Part shown: one piece after another, positions 1 through 8,810 of the stretch
Layout of the letters: every line of letters begins with the position of its first letter
Position numbering within the stretch: position 1 is the stretch's first letter
IMG/VR virus record: IMGVR_UViG_3300005611_000049
Span: 1-47,521 of that record
Strand: one strand, 5' to 3'
Origin: a virus
Lineage: Duplodnaviria > Caudoviricetes
Length of the DNA: 47,521 bases
Translations under genes and position numbers: made by a program
The notes under the pieces: generated by a model
Database searches by the model: none
The model's input: the letters and a program-made list of their open reading frames with translations, nothing else
What the model was told of the DNA's origin: nothing

Positions 1-77
1 GTAACACGCCAGTGTGCAACGGTTACACCGCCGTCTGCCAAGTTACGCTCAAGGTTTGCGATAGTCCATGTAGCCAT
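1..77 (-). CDS. Partial conserved phage protein downstream of tail fibre (MATWTIANLERNLADGGVTVAHWRV..., runs off the window edge)
   Basis: Translated by hand. ATG at 77 follows the upstream stop with a GGAG RBS, and the frame is open to the window edge. Confidence 0.7.
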   Translation of the reverse strand, partial: MATWTIANLERNLADGGVTVAHWRV

Positions 78-79
78 TT

Positions 80-292
80 TTAGTCTCCAAATACTGCGTT
101 GCAGATAGCTTGTACGTTAGAAGGTTCAGATGACCAGTCGTCACCTGACTGAATTACATGACGGTGATACGACTGTGAAATCACAGCGCCGTCTTCAACA
201 ATACGAGTAGCAGTCCGTACTTGAACAACTGTAGTGTCGCCAGAGGTTACTACTTCGATTTTGTCTGCTGTTACTTCTTTAGTTAATGCCAT
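80..292 (-). CDS. Small tail-fibre-associated protein (putative fibre assembly chaperone)
   Basis: Start reassigned to MALTKEV (ATG 292) with TAAGGAG RBS. Directly downstream of the tail fibre; the ...VQVR...SYHRHV... pattern is typical of this position. Confidence 0.65.
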   Translation of the reverse strand: MALTKEVTADKIEVVTSGDTTVVQVRTATRIVEDGAVISQSYHRHVIQSGDDWSSEPSNVQAICNAVFGD

Positions 293-313
293 TGTTGTCT
301 CCTTAGTTAGTCC

Positions 314-335
314 AGCCCCAGAGTCCACTGAGGCT
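314..335 (-). other. 8-bp RNA hairpin in the tail fibre/chaperone intergenic space
   Basis: AGCCUCAG-UGGACU-CUGGGGCU, with a G-U pair that forms only on the minus strand. No U-tract follows. Confidence 0.5.
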
Positions 336-343
336 ATTTAGGG

Positions 344-3300
344 TTAAGATGTTGTGTTGTAAACAAACGCCATAACGATCACATCGGTGCTACCCCATGT
401 AAATGGAACGGTTGAACTTGTACTTATTAGACCAACATACGTACCAGAAGCAGTTGATGCCTGCACTTGTGCTGTCGAGCCTCCCGGACGACTTATTAGG
501 GTTGTATAACCTACACCCGATTCAACAGCGTAGCCAGTACCTATACCAGAAGGCGAACCTTGGGTAGCAAACGGTAAGTTTAAAATTATAGATCCTGTAA
601 CCGATGAGGTGGTTCCTAAGGTAATTCTGTAGGTGACATTTACTAACGAACCAACCTTAGTATATTTTGCCAAAACCGCACCATCGCCTAATGTAATACC
701 TGAAGATATAGGTGTTGCTACGTCGCCTTCTTCGTAGTCATCCAGCGTGTTCGCCGCCGCATACGTACCGACTGCTGTGCCTAGTGTTATGCCTTCTGGG
801 ACAATGAGGTGGCCGCTTGCATCAATGCGCATGCGTTCTGTGCCGCTGGTTTCAAAGACCAGTGGAGTAGCGGTAAGCGTTTCAAGTGATGTTTGGCTGG
901 CCGTTGTAAGTATTCTGGAGGTAGCCGTACCGTTCACTTGGTTCTCTAGAATTGAGCCAGCAACATCACCAAGAGCTACACGAACATAGCCAGTGCTGTT
1001 TGTAATTGACGATACACCAATACCGACGTTGCCGTTGGAGTCGATGCGCATGCATTCTGTCGGAGTTGCAGAGGCCGCAGATGTAGAAAAGATTAGGTCA
1101 TGGTCATTTGAAGCACTTTGAATTTCAGCCGCAATAGACGCGCCTCTTGAGGTTGTATTAAGACCACCTAAGAAGATACTAGAAGATTCTCCAGTAGTTC
1201 CAGTATCGTCTCCATTAATGACTAAACCATACGTTCTATTTGCCGTAGCCGCTGTGGTGTAAGCGATGTGAGTTTTTACAAGAGGACTGTCTGTACCAAT
1301 ACCGACGTTGCCGCCAGTCTTAACCGTAAGTTTCGGAGTGCCTAAGCCGAAAGCGTTGGATAATGTCCAAGCATCGCTATTGCCGCCATCAATACCCCAT
1401 GTCCACACACTAGCGTCATTGTCAGCAATGTAATAAGCATCGCTGTCTGCTCCTGTAGACTCTACACGTACCGCTGACGCCGTTCCTGTTGTTCCCTGCA
1501 CGTGTAGCTTGGAAGTGCTGATAGACGACGTACCAATCCCCAAAGACTCCGCAGACGCATCCCAGTAGAACTTCGCAGTTGTCCCCGTATCCTCATACAG
1601 CGAAACATCTCCGTTGTTTAAAAGTCGCATAATCTTGTTTTTTTGTTGATTTGCAAAAAAATTCAAGCTTCCTACTGCCGCAGCCGGTGAATCACTAAAA
1701 TAAAAGTTTGCCGCATAGGGGTCAGCATCAGCCTCGTCTACTTTTTCTAATCGCAACGCTCTAGCAGTATTAGGCTGTTCACCCAAACCAAACGAAACAG
1801 GGTCGGTGCCTTGTTTGTACGCTTGAATAAGATGTGTTTGAGTCTGACCATCTCCAATGTTTAACTGGTCAGCCGTCACACTACCCGTTACGTCGATGCC
1901 TGTGGAGTTAATCGCTAAGACATTTGAATTGTTTACACCAAAGTAATGATTAGACCCTGTTGGCACATTGTAGAACCAAGTCCCTGCTGTACCATCGCCA
2001 CCAATCCAACGGTCAGTACCAGCACCAGTATTTCCTGATGTACCTTCAACAGATAAATAGCCAGTTGCTTCTACAACACCCGTAACGTCAACACCTGTAG
2101 AGGTAATACCTAAAACATCTGTTCCGCTAATATCAAAAGACAGCTCAGGAGAAGTAGCTCCGTATCCACCAGCAATTCCTGCGTATCGTGTAGAAGCCGC
2201 AAAAAAATCAAGTCCAGCTTTAGTGTTAGCTCCTGAGCCGTTGTTCTTAAAAGAAGCCGCAGTTACTGTTGCGCCGCTTGAAGAAACATCTACAGTAACG
2301 CCGTCGCTGACCAAAGTACCCGTTACGTCGATGCCTGTGTTGGTGGTGGCTAGTTTGACATTACCATTATAAAAAATATTGGCCGCACCGCCGTTTAATC
2401 CTTGGAAATAACTATCACCTGTGGTGTTTCTTAAATAAACACTTTCAGCATCTACTAAAAGACTTCCAGTACCTACTTCACGGATTCTGCTATTAGACCC
2501 ATCATGATAAATCTCTAGGTCAGAGCCAGCACCGAAGATAGCCTTGCCATTATCGTCAAACGTAGCGTTACCAGTAACGTCGATGCCTGTTGAGGTGGTG
2601 GCTAGTTTGGCTGAGTTGTCGTAGTAAAATGTAGAGGCACCATTGAGCGAAAAACTAGCATAAGTTTCTGAGCCATTAGAAGACTCTAGATTGATATTTG
2701 CCTGCCCTCTGATGTTTAGGTCGCCGATGCCAAATTCTGTAATGTAACTGTTCGACCCATCATGAAAAATCTGTAGGTCGTTGCCAGCACCGAAGATAGC
2801 CTTGTCGTTGTCGCCGAATGACACGTCAGCCGTAGTCGTAAGACCTGTAAAGCTTGGAGTGTCAGTAGTAGCGACGCCTTGGTCTAGAGACTTAACAGCA
2901 GTGATGTCAGTTAACTCTGAGTCCATCAACGCACCAGCAGCAGTAACATTAGTTGTGTCCGTTACGTCTGCTAAGGCTTCAATTCCGTCTAGCTTAGTGC
3001 CGTCTGCAGCTACGTCACGTCCGTCTACAGTACCGTCTACAGTAATGTTTCCTGTAGCAGAAACAGTGGTAAATGATCCAGCTGCTGCGGTAGAACCACC
3101 AATGACAGTACCGTCGATAGTACCGCCGTCGATGTCTGGAGTATTTACGTCAGGAGAAGTAAGCGTTTTATTAGTTAGCGTCTGAGTGCCAGTAAGTGTG
3201 GCAACAGTAGAGTCAATAGCAAAGGTAACTTCATTTCCTGAGCCAGACGTATCAATACCAGTACCACCTGTCAGTGTTAGCGCCTCAGAATCTAAATCAA

Positions 3301-3856
3301 TGCTTAATGCACCGCCTGAGTCAGCTTGGAAGTCTAGGTCTTGTGCAGTTACCTGAGCATCAACGTAAGCTTTTACGGACTGTTGTGTAACAAGGGCTGT
3401 ATCACTATCTGAAGACATATTATCTTCATCAAGAATAGTTGTAACTGTTGAACCAGAAGTTAGTGTAAGGCTATCAACGTTAGCAGTCCCATCAATATAA
3501 AGGTCTTTAAACTGGAGTGAGGCAGTACCAAGATCAATATCATTAGTAGTAACGGGAACAACGGAACCATCTTGAATGCGAATCTGTTCAACTGCTGCAC
3601 TAGAAACTTCGACATAAAAACCCCAACGATTGTTAGTGCTATCTACTTCAATCTTATTTAAAAAATCTAGGTCGCCAATTTTAAAGATGTTGCCGCCTTG
3701 ATTAGCACTTCCATCATGACGGTGACCAGTAGTAGATTCTGAAGTGCTTGAATATGTAAAAGCATTAACTAACTGGTTGTACTCGTCATTAAACAACGAA
3801 GCTGTGATAGTATCGCCATCATTAAACGAACTTTGTCGAGTGTAATTCTGAGCCAT
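344..3856 (-). CDS. Tail fibre / receptor-binding protein (1170 aa)
   Basis: N-terminal anchor (YTRQSSF...FNDEYNQL...GHRHDG). G/T/S/D-rich repeats: KAIFGAG.DL.I.HDGSNS x2, TG[IV]DVTG x4, GNVGIG x2, MRID x2. C-terminal LDDYEEG head. Follows the tail tube genes. Confidence 0.9.
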   Translation of the reverse strand: MAQNYTRQSSFNDGDTITASLFNDEYNQLVNAFTYSSTSESTTGHRHDGSANQGGNIFKIGDLDFLNKIEVDSTNNRWGFYVEVSSAAVEQIRIQDGSVVPVTTNDIDLGTASLQFKDLYIDGTANVDSLTLTSGSTVTTILDEDNMSSDSDTALVTQQSVKAYVDAQVTAQDLDFQADSGGALSIDLDSEALTLTGGTGIDTSGSGNEVTFAIDSTVATLTGTQTLTNKTLTSPDVNTPDIDGGTIDGTVIGGSTAAAGSFTTVSATGNITVDGTVDGRDVAADGTKLDGIEALADVTDTTNVTAAGALMDSELTDITAVKSLDQGVATTDTPSFTGLTTTADVSFGDNDKAIFGAGNDLQIFHDGSNSYITEFGIGDLNIRGQANINLESSNGSETYASFSLNGASTFYYDNSAKLATTSTGIDVTGNATFDDNGKAIFGAGSDLEIYHDGSNSRIREVGTGSLLVDAESVYLRNTTGDSYFQGLNGGAANIFYNGNVKLATTNTGIDVTGTLVSDGVTVDVSSSGATVTAASFKNNGSGANTKAGLDFFAASTRYAGIAGGYGATSPELSFDISGTDVLGITSTGVDVTGVVEATGYLSVEGTSGNTGAGTDRWIGGDGTAGTWFYNVPTGSNHYFGVNNSNVLAINSTGIDVTGSVTADQLNIGDGQTQTHLIQAYKQGTDPVSFGLGEQPNTARALRLEKVDEADADPYAANFYFSDSPAAAVGSLNFFANQQKNKIMRLLNNGDVSLYEDTGTTAKFYWDASAESLGIGTSSISTSKLHVQGTTGTASAVRVESTGADSDAYYIADNDASVWTWGIDGGNSDAWTLSNAFGLGTPKLTVKTGGNVGIGTDSPLVKTHIAYTTAATANRTYGLVINGDDTGTTGESSSIFLGGLNTTSRGASIAAEIQSASNDHDLIFSTSAASATPTECMRIDSNGNVGIGVSSITNSTGYVRVALGDVAGSILENQVNGTATSRILTTASQTSLETLTATPLVFETSGTERMRIDASGHLIVPEGITLGTAVGTYAAANTLDDYEEGDVATPISSGITLGDGAVLAKYTKVGSLVNVTYRITLGTTSSVTGSIILNLPFATQGSPSGIGTGYAVESGVGYTTLISRPGGSTAQVQASTASGTYVGLISTSSTVPFTWGSTDVIVMAFVYNTTS

Positions 3857-3858
3857 AT

Positions 3859-5457
3859 TTATCTCCTACCTGATGGCATATAATCTATATAAAGGCCATT
3901 GATTGCGTATGGCGCTTTAACATCTTCGCTTCTAATTCTAAAACTAATTGTGTTGCCGCTGCCTTCTACAGGCTGTCTAAACATTGGATCATTAGCAGCA
4001 CCAAAAGTAGCTGTACCAAATGCTGCAGAGCCAAAAATAGCTGGAAGTGGTATAGAATCTAGCGTATAATCTTGTGGCTGTGGAATATTTGGATCTTCGT
4101 AATCAAATCGCATTCTTAATGTGGGCTGACATTCGCCTTCAGGCGATACAGAAATACGCACATATTTAATTGTTTTTCTTGTACCTATATCACCAAAATC
4201 AAAGTTAGGCGTTTGATATTCTGAAACAATTTCTGCTTCTACTCCTTCAGGATTAAAAGCGTTTCCTGTATCATGATTATAAATATATCCGTCTTTATCA
4301 CCATGAAAAGCTTTTTCAATTCCATCTACATCAAAGCCTGTTGTAAGCCCCATTGCTTGAATGCCAAGCGTTTCAGCCCATTCAAAGCCATTAGCAGTAA
4401 ACGTACCGATAATGCCTTTAGAGACATTTGAGCCTAAAGTTTTATCTGTATAAAACAAACGATACTGAGACTTAGATCGTAATACACAGCTATCAATAGT
4501 AAACGTGTTAATTGAGTTTGCAATGTCTCCGATGATGCTTTGAATTTGTCGAGACACAGAACTTAACTCAACGTCACCAATACGGGCTGTACCCGCAACA
4601 GTACGAATTCCATCAGGACTCAAGAACAAAAGGTCACCACCAATTTCTTGAATACTATACCCTGATAAACAGCCTACGTTTTCTGTAATAGGGTCGATGC
4701 GAATATTATTAGGATCATTAATATTTATAAGTTTGTGAATGCTGTTTTTAGCAAACACAATCAAATCAGTACGAAACCCACGAATGCCTTGAATTTGATC
4801 TGATATAACTACTGCGCCAGAGCCAGTACCTGTAAAATCATCAGGACGATTATATGCACTATAATAAACTGTATTTAAATTGTTTTCTACGCCTGCTGCA
4901 ATAAGATGGTGATCGTGGTTGGTTATGTACTTAACGCCATTGGTTCCATCTACTGTAATTTCATATGCAAAAAATGTACGAGTTGTAAGCGCACCAGTGC
5001 CTTCCATACGAAACGAATAAAGCTTGTTAGCGCCATCTGCAATGATTAATTCGCCATAGTCATATGTAGCGCCTTCAAAAAGTGCAAATGAACATTGGCC
5101 CTGTCCAGTTCTAGCAAGTGCCGTTCGCCCTGTAAAAGTGGTATAGTTATCGCCACCGTTAGCTACAGAACTTTTATTAATTTGTATCCACGTTGAACCA
5201 TCAATGCTAAAATGTATATCAGTACCTGAACAGACAATTACACCATCGCCATATACAGAAATGCCCAGCACGTCTTCATCACTATTGGGACGTGTATCGC
5301 CAAACTGCGTAAAGCCGTTGATACGTCGATAGCCACCATCAGGATCTACCTCAAAGTTTCTAAGCTTAGTAGCAAGGCCGGGCTGTCGAAGCATTTCAAG
5401 CTGATTGAGATTAGTATTTAAACCACCTCTACATGAAATGCCAAAAGGCTGAGACAT
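3859..5457 (-). CDS. Tail tubular protein B / nozzle (beta-propeller-like)
   Basis: 532 aa, beta-rich, GGLN near the N-terminus and NVGC motif. Sits between adaptor and fibre. Confidence 0.7.
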   Translation of the reverse strand: MSQPFGISCRGGLNTNLNQLEMLRQPGLATKLRNFEVDPDGGYRRINGFTQFGDTRPNSDEDVLGISVYGDGVIVCSGTDIHFSIDGSTWIQINKSSVANGGDNYTTFTGRTALARTGQGQCSFALFEGATYDYGELIIADGANKLYSFRMEGTGALTTRTFFAYEITVDGTNGVKYITNHDHHLIAAGVENNLNTVYYSAYNRPDDFTGTGSGAVVISDQIQGIRGFRTDLIVFAKNSIHKLININDPNNIRIDPITENVGCLSGYSIQEIGGDLLFLSPDGIRTVAGTARIGDVELSSVSRQIQSIIGDIANSINTFTIDSCVLRSKSQYRLFYTDKTLGSNVSKGIIGTFTANGFEWAETLGIQAMGLTTGFDVDGIEKAFHGDKDGYIYNHDTGNAFNPEGVEAEIVSEYQTPNFDFGDIGTRKTIKYVRISVSPEGECQPTLRMRFDYEDPNIPQPQDYTLDSIPLPAIFGSAAFGTATFGAANDPMFRQPVEGSGNTISFRIRSEDVKAPYAINGLYIDYMPSGRR

Positions 5458-6228
5458 TTATACAAACCTCACACGATCTGTTGACATATAATCAGGCGTT
5501 GAAGACATAAGATTAGATTTCATAAGTCGTAGTCCACGCTTATAATCTTCTAGTGCAAATGCTGCAGCCTGTGAACTTTCTTTAAACTGATGAATATAGT
5601 ATCTAGCTCTAGCAAGCAACACCGGCTTGTAAATATTTGGGAATACAATTTCATCCCCGTGTCCGCTTAGTTCTGTCGGTAAATTATATGCATAAAAATA
5701 TACACGATAAACTTTGTCTGGAATTGGACTTAAACCAAATTTACGATTATCAGGACTAATAATAACTCTGCGAGGCTCTCCATGATTTTGCGTATCTGCA
5801 TCGTCTGCATTTTCTGCTGTACGTGCAAAATCTTTCCATTCTTCTGTAGTAGTAAATGAAAGATTTTTACTAACATATGGGGCTGATTCGCTATCTACGC
5901 CAATAGTTGTTAGGTAAAAATTATCCCAATCAATATAACCGTAGTCTGTTGTCAAGTTACTCGATGAAGGCTTTAGCAAATACCAGCGCGTACCCGCAAC
6001 TGTATCAACATATGTGTTGCCATAAAAAGGATCTGTAGAACCGCTTGTATCTACAGCAAGAAAAGGCCATTGAGGTTCTTCGTTAACAATATCAAGGTAT
6101 GCTCTGTTTACACAGTCTTTGATATGTTGCTGAACCCCAATAGCCCCAGCAAACGTAGCCGATGTAAGAGCTACTTCGTTTAACTCTCGCAACAACTCGT
6201 TTGTAATTTCAAGATAAGTAGCAGCCAT
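5458..6228 (-). CDS. Tail tubular protein A / head-tail adaptor
   Basis: TYLEITNELLRELNE start, WPF and SPIPD motifs, synteny after the capsid module. Confidence 0.7.
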   Translation of the reverse strand: MAATYLEITNELLRELNEVALTSATFAGAIGVQQHIKDCVNRAYLDIVNEEPQWPFLAVDTSGSTDPFYGNTYVDTVAGTRWYLLKPSSSNLTTDYGYIDWDNFYLTTIGVDSESAPYVSKNLSFTTTEEWKDFARTAENADDADTQNHGEPRRVIISPDNRKFGLSPIPDKVYRVYFYAYNLPTELSGHGDEIVFPNIYKPVLLARARYYIHQFKESSQAAAFALEDYKRGLRLMKSNLMSSTPDYMSTDRVRFV

Positions 6229-6374
6229 TATTTTTTATGAACCTTTTGAATTTCAAAGTTAGCTTCTTTTGAAGCACCTTTGTGGGGTTTATAACCATCT
6301 TTTGGATCTTTCATGAGCTTATATTCTTTGCCCTTTTTCATCCAATGGTAGCCTTTAGGTGCCTCGACTTTCAT
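6228..6374 (-). CDS. Small basic protein MKVEAPKGYHWMKK... (48 aa)
   Basis: Translated by hand. AGGAG RBS upstream; TAATG overlap with the adaptor gene. Confidence 0.75.
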   Translation of the reverse strand: MKVEAPKGYHWMKKGKEYKLMKDPKDGYKPHKGASKEANFEIQKVHKK

Positions 6375-6519
6375 CTGGACGCTCCTGCTCGTTACGAGCT
6401 TTCGGATACTTTATTGGCATTTCTTTTTGATACGGGAATTGGTTTTCAGTCATTTCCGCACAAATTCGCTCTTTTTCTTGAATAGACCGATATGATTTTT
6501 TTTCAATTTGAGTGGTCAT
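6355..6519 (-). CDS. Hypothetical protein MTTQIEKKSYRSIQEKERIC... (54 aa)
   Basis: Translated by hand. TAATG coupling to the upstream ORF. Confidence 0.6.
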   Translation of the reverse strand: MTTQIEKKSYRSIQEKERICAEMTENQFPYQKEMPIKYPKARNEQERPDESRGT

Positions 6520-6680
6520 TAATTTGCGCTTCCCTTAGGCATTGCGTCTGCTACAGTGCTGCCATATGTAGGCTGAGTACCTGCACGTCCTTGCTTTGGA
6601 GAACCGCCGTCCATCATTGGTGTACGAACCATTTTACCATCCATATACATTGATCGCTTTTTCTTATCACCTTTCATCAT
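6519..6680 (-). CDS. Small protein MMKGDKKKRSMYMDGKMVRTPMMDGG... (53 aa), carries the xxGG motif
   Basis: Translated by hand. Fills the operon gap, overlapping both neighbours. Confidence 0.65.
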   Translation of the reverse strand: MMKGDKKKRSMYMDGKMVRTPMMDGGSPKQGRAGTQPTYGSTVADAMPKGSAN

Positions 6681-6819
6681 CTTTTTTTCTCCCAAAAATT
6701 CTATCGTAGTTGTCGTTAAATTTTTTCTTGTCTTCGTGTTTTAAGTAATTTCCTCGTACTTTTGTTGTTCGTTTTGAACTCATACGAATAGGATTTTTTT
6801 CACTTCCAATCTGAGGCAT
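6667..6819 (-). CDS. Small protein with FxxNYDRIF motif (MPQIGSEKNP..., 50 aa)
   Basis: ORF track 6667..6855. The start at 6819, just after the terminator hairpin, is more plausible. Confidence 0.6.
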   Translation of the reverse strand: MPQIGSEKNPIRMSSKRTTKVRGNYLKHEDKKKFNDNYDRIFGRKKDDER

Positions 6820-6824
6820 AGTAG

Positions 6825-6848
6825 AAAAGGGGGAGTATTTCATCCCCC
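6825..6848 (-). terminator. Intrinsic terminator after the major capsid gene
   Basis: GGGGGA-TGAAATAC-TCCCCC-TTTT, about 10 nt after the MCP stop. Confidence 0.7.
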
Positions 6849-6857
6849 ACTCCATTT

Positions 6858-7829
6858 TTAGTCGATGCCGTAGAAGGCAGAGACAAGTGCTTCAGGACGA
6901 AGAACCTTAGCGCCATAGACGTGGAGGCCTCGTACAATATCACCAAAGCTTGCAGGGTCACGAATGACCTCAGTGTTGATGATAGTCTGAGCAGTACATG
7001 TTGATGAAATGTGACCAGCAATACACTTACCAGCTGCGTTAGTAGTAGCTGCAATGTTGTTGGTCTTATACATATCAAAACCACGTAGCTTACCAGAAGA
7101 AACCAAGCCATTACGGATTGAGCCTTGTCCAGCGTTAAAGTCTACGTTGATAAGCTTTGAAGAACTCTTAACGAGTTGCTCATAGAACTCTGGGTTAGCA
7201 AGGAACCAACGGCCTTCTTCAGGAACATTTTGCTCGTCGAGAAGACGTGCCATGTGTGAAAGAACATCAATTGGATCGTGCTCATCAGAGGCATAACCAA
7301 TATCAAGGTTACCAGTACCGTCAAAAGTACCAGCCGCAAGATCAGTTGCACTGTCTGAACCAAGAATGTGGTTAGGTGCTGAAGCAGGTACGCCAGCAAA
7401 CATAGAAGCAATTACGCCTGTGTCAAATGCGTCACGCAATGCGTAAGCAGCTGAAGACGAAGCTACTTCTTTAAAGTTAACGTGAGACATTGAAGTTTCA
7501 ATATCATCAACGATGAACTTGAATGCGTTTGCCTTATCAACAACAAGGTTTACTTCAGTGTCAGTCAACTCTGTTTGAGTTACTGTACCACCACGCTGAT
7601 ATTCATCAACAGTGATTACTGGTTCTTTGATGATGCGTACTGAATCACCGTAAGCTGAAATCTCACCAGCATAATCAGTGTTAGTAATTGCTTCTGCAAC
7701 AGATGCCTTACGGAAGAAGTTAAGTACCTTCTTGGAATAGACTTCTGGAAGAAAGTTAAAGTTACCAGCGGTGTTAAAGTTACCAGCCGCTGCGCCGTCA
7801 AAGTTGGGATTAGATGTGTTACTAGCCAT
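6858..7829 (-). CDS. Major capsid protein
   Basis: 323 aa. NFLPEVYSKKVL, TNTDYAGEI...GDSVRI and FGDIVRGLHVYGAKVLRPEAL motifs. AGGAG RBS; follows the scaffold and precedes a terminator. Confidence 0.92.
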   Translation of the reverse strand: MASNTSNPNFDGAAAGNFNTAGNFNFLPEVYSKKVLNFFRKASVAEAITNTDYAGEISAYGDSVRIIKEPVITVDEYQRGGTVTQTELTDTEVNLVVDKANAFKFIVDDIETSMSHVNFKEVASSSAAYALRDAFDTGVIASMFAGVPASAPNHILGSDSATDLAAGTFDGTGNLDIGYASDEHDPIDVLSHMARLLDEQNVPEEGRWFLANPEFYEQLVKSSSKLINVDFNAGQGSIRNGLVSSGKLRGFDMYKTNNIAATTNAAGKCIAGHISSTCTAQTIINTEVIRDPASFGDIVRGLHVYGAKVLRPEALVSAFYGID

Positions 7830-7859
7830 TGTAAAAATCTCCTAAAATAAAAAACAAAG

Positions 7860-8690
7860 TTATTTAACTACTCTGCCTTCCATGATGGCTTGATCTATTT
7901 CCTGTTCGTAGCGATCATAGTCATCCATAGACAGGGCAGCTATTTCCCGTCGTGTCCAGATTTTAGCCTGCTTAGTATCTACAGTAGTTGTTTTTGTAGA
8001 TACCATGTCTGCAGCATTCTGTCTAGACTTTTGGCGACTTGACTGAGTTTTGGGCTGTTGATTAATGTTCAAGCCCATTTCCATTTTATAAAAGTCAATT
8101 GCACGACTTGCTAGTCCAACATTGTCTGGGTTATTATAGATCCAGTTCTGAATTTCTTTAGGCTGGCTCTTAGCCCAATCATGAAACCCGTCATCTCCAC
8201 GAATATCTTCAAAGTCAGGGTGCCGCTCCCGCAACTTAGTTTCAGCTTCACGTCGTGCGATCATTGCTTCTCGCTCTTCGATAACCTTCATCTTTTGTTG
8301 AAGGGCTTGTACCTCTTTCTGGCTTCGTAGATGTGCAACAGATTCTACGGTTTCATACAAATCAGGATATGCATTTCGGAACTGTTCAAGTTCTTCTTCA
8401 GACTTTGGAGGTTGATATAGTGGTTGAGCACTTTGTGCTTGTGCCAACAACTCTTGCTCTTTTTGTTTGAATTCTGCTATCCTTTCATCATAATGTTTTT
8501 TTAGGTCGTCATACCTTTTTTTGTAGTTAGTTCCGTTTTGTTTTTGAGGGGCCGTGTTTTGGGTAGCCTCGTCGGAACCTTCTTCAAAAAATAGACCTTC
8601 TGCTGATCCTTGCTTTGCCTTTGGCTCCTCGTGCCAAGGCTTGCGAGCATTATATGGATTAGCTTGTGGTTCTTGTTCTACTTCAGTCAT
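7860..8690 (-). CDS. Capsid scaffolding protein
   Basis: Coiled coil with YKKRYDDLKKHY and HPDF motifs; C-terminal EIDQAIMEGRV; immediately upstream of the MCP. Confidence 0.8.
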   Translation of the reverse strand: MTEVEQEPQANPYNARKPWHEEPKAKQGSAEGLFFEEGSDEATQNTAPQKQNGTNYKKRYDDLKKHYDERIAEFKQKEQELLAQAQSAQPLYQPPKSEEELEQFRNAYPDLYETVESVAHLRSQKEVQALQQKMKVIEEREAMIARREAETKLRERHPDFEDIRGDDGFHDWAKSQPKEIQNWIYNNPDNVGLASRAIDFYKMEMGLNINQQPKTQSSRQKSRQNAADMVSTKTTTVDTKQAKIWTRREIAALSMDDYDRYEQEIDQAIMEGRVVK

Positions 8691-8705
8691 GTCTTTCTCC
8701 TTTTC

Positions 8706-8810
8706 GGGGCTTGTTTCTTAGTGAGGTGGCCGAATACACGGGGTCTCAACATTACAAGGTGGCCTAAAAGTTATAAATATGATAAGGGGCTAAAAACTTC
8801 TTAGGTAGCC
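8706..8810 (-). promoter_or_regulatory. Three tandem GGCYACCT-N12/13-RCCCC elements in the scaffold leader
   Basis: Copies at 8786-8810, 8740-8764 and 8706-8731. The last one lies next to the AAGGAG RBS. Confidence 0.7.

Noticed and set aside
344-720. Diversity-generating retroelement target at the fibre C-terminus
   Set aside because: No reverse transcriptase and no template-repeat copy in the window.
6800-7111. T7 10B-style frameshift extension of the capsid protein
   Set aside because: An alternative frame does cross the stop, but I see no slippery heptamer near the MCP end and the extension would be short and run through the terminator.
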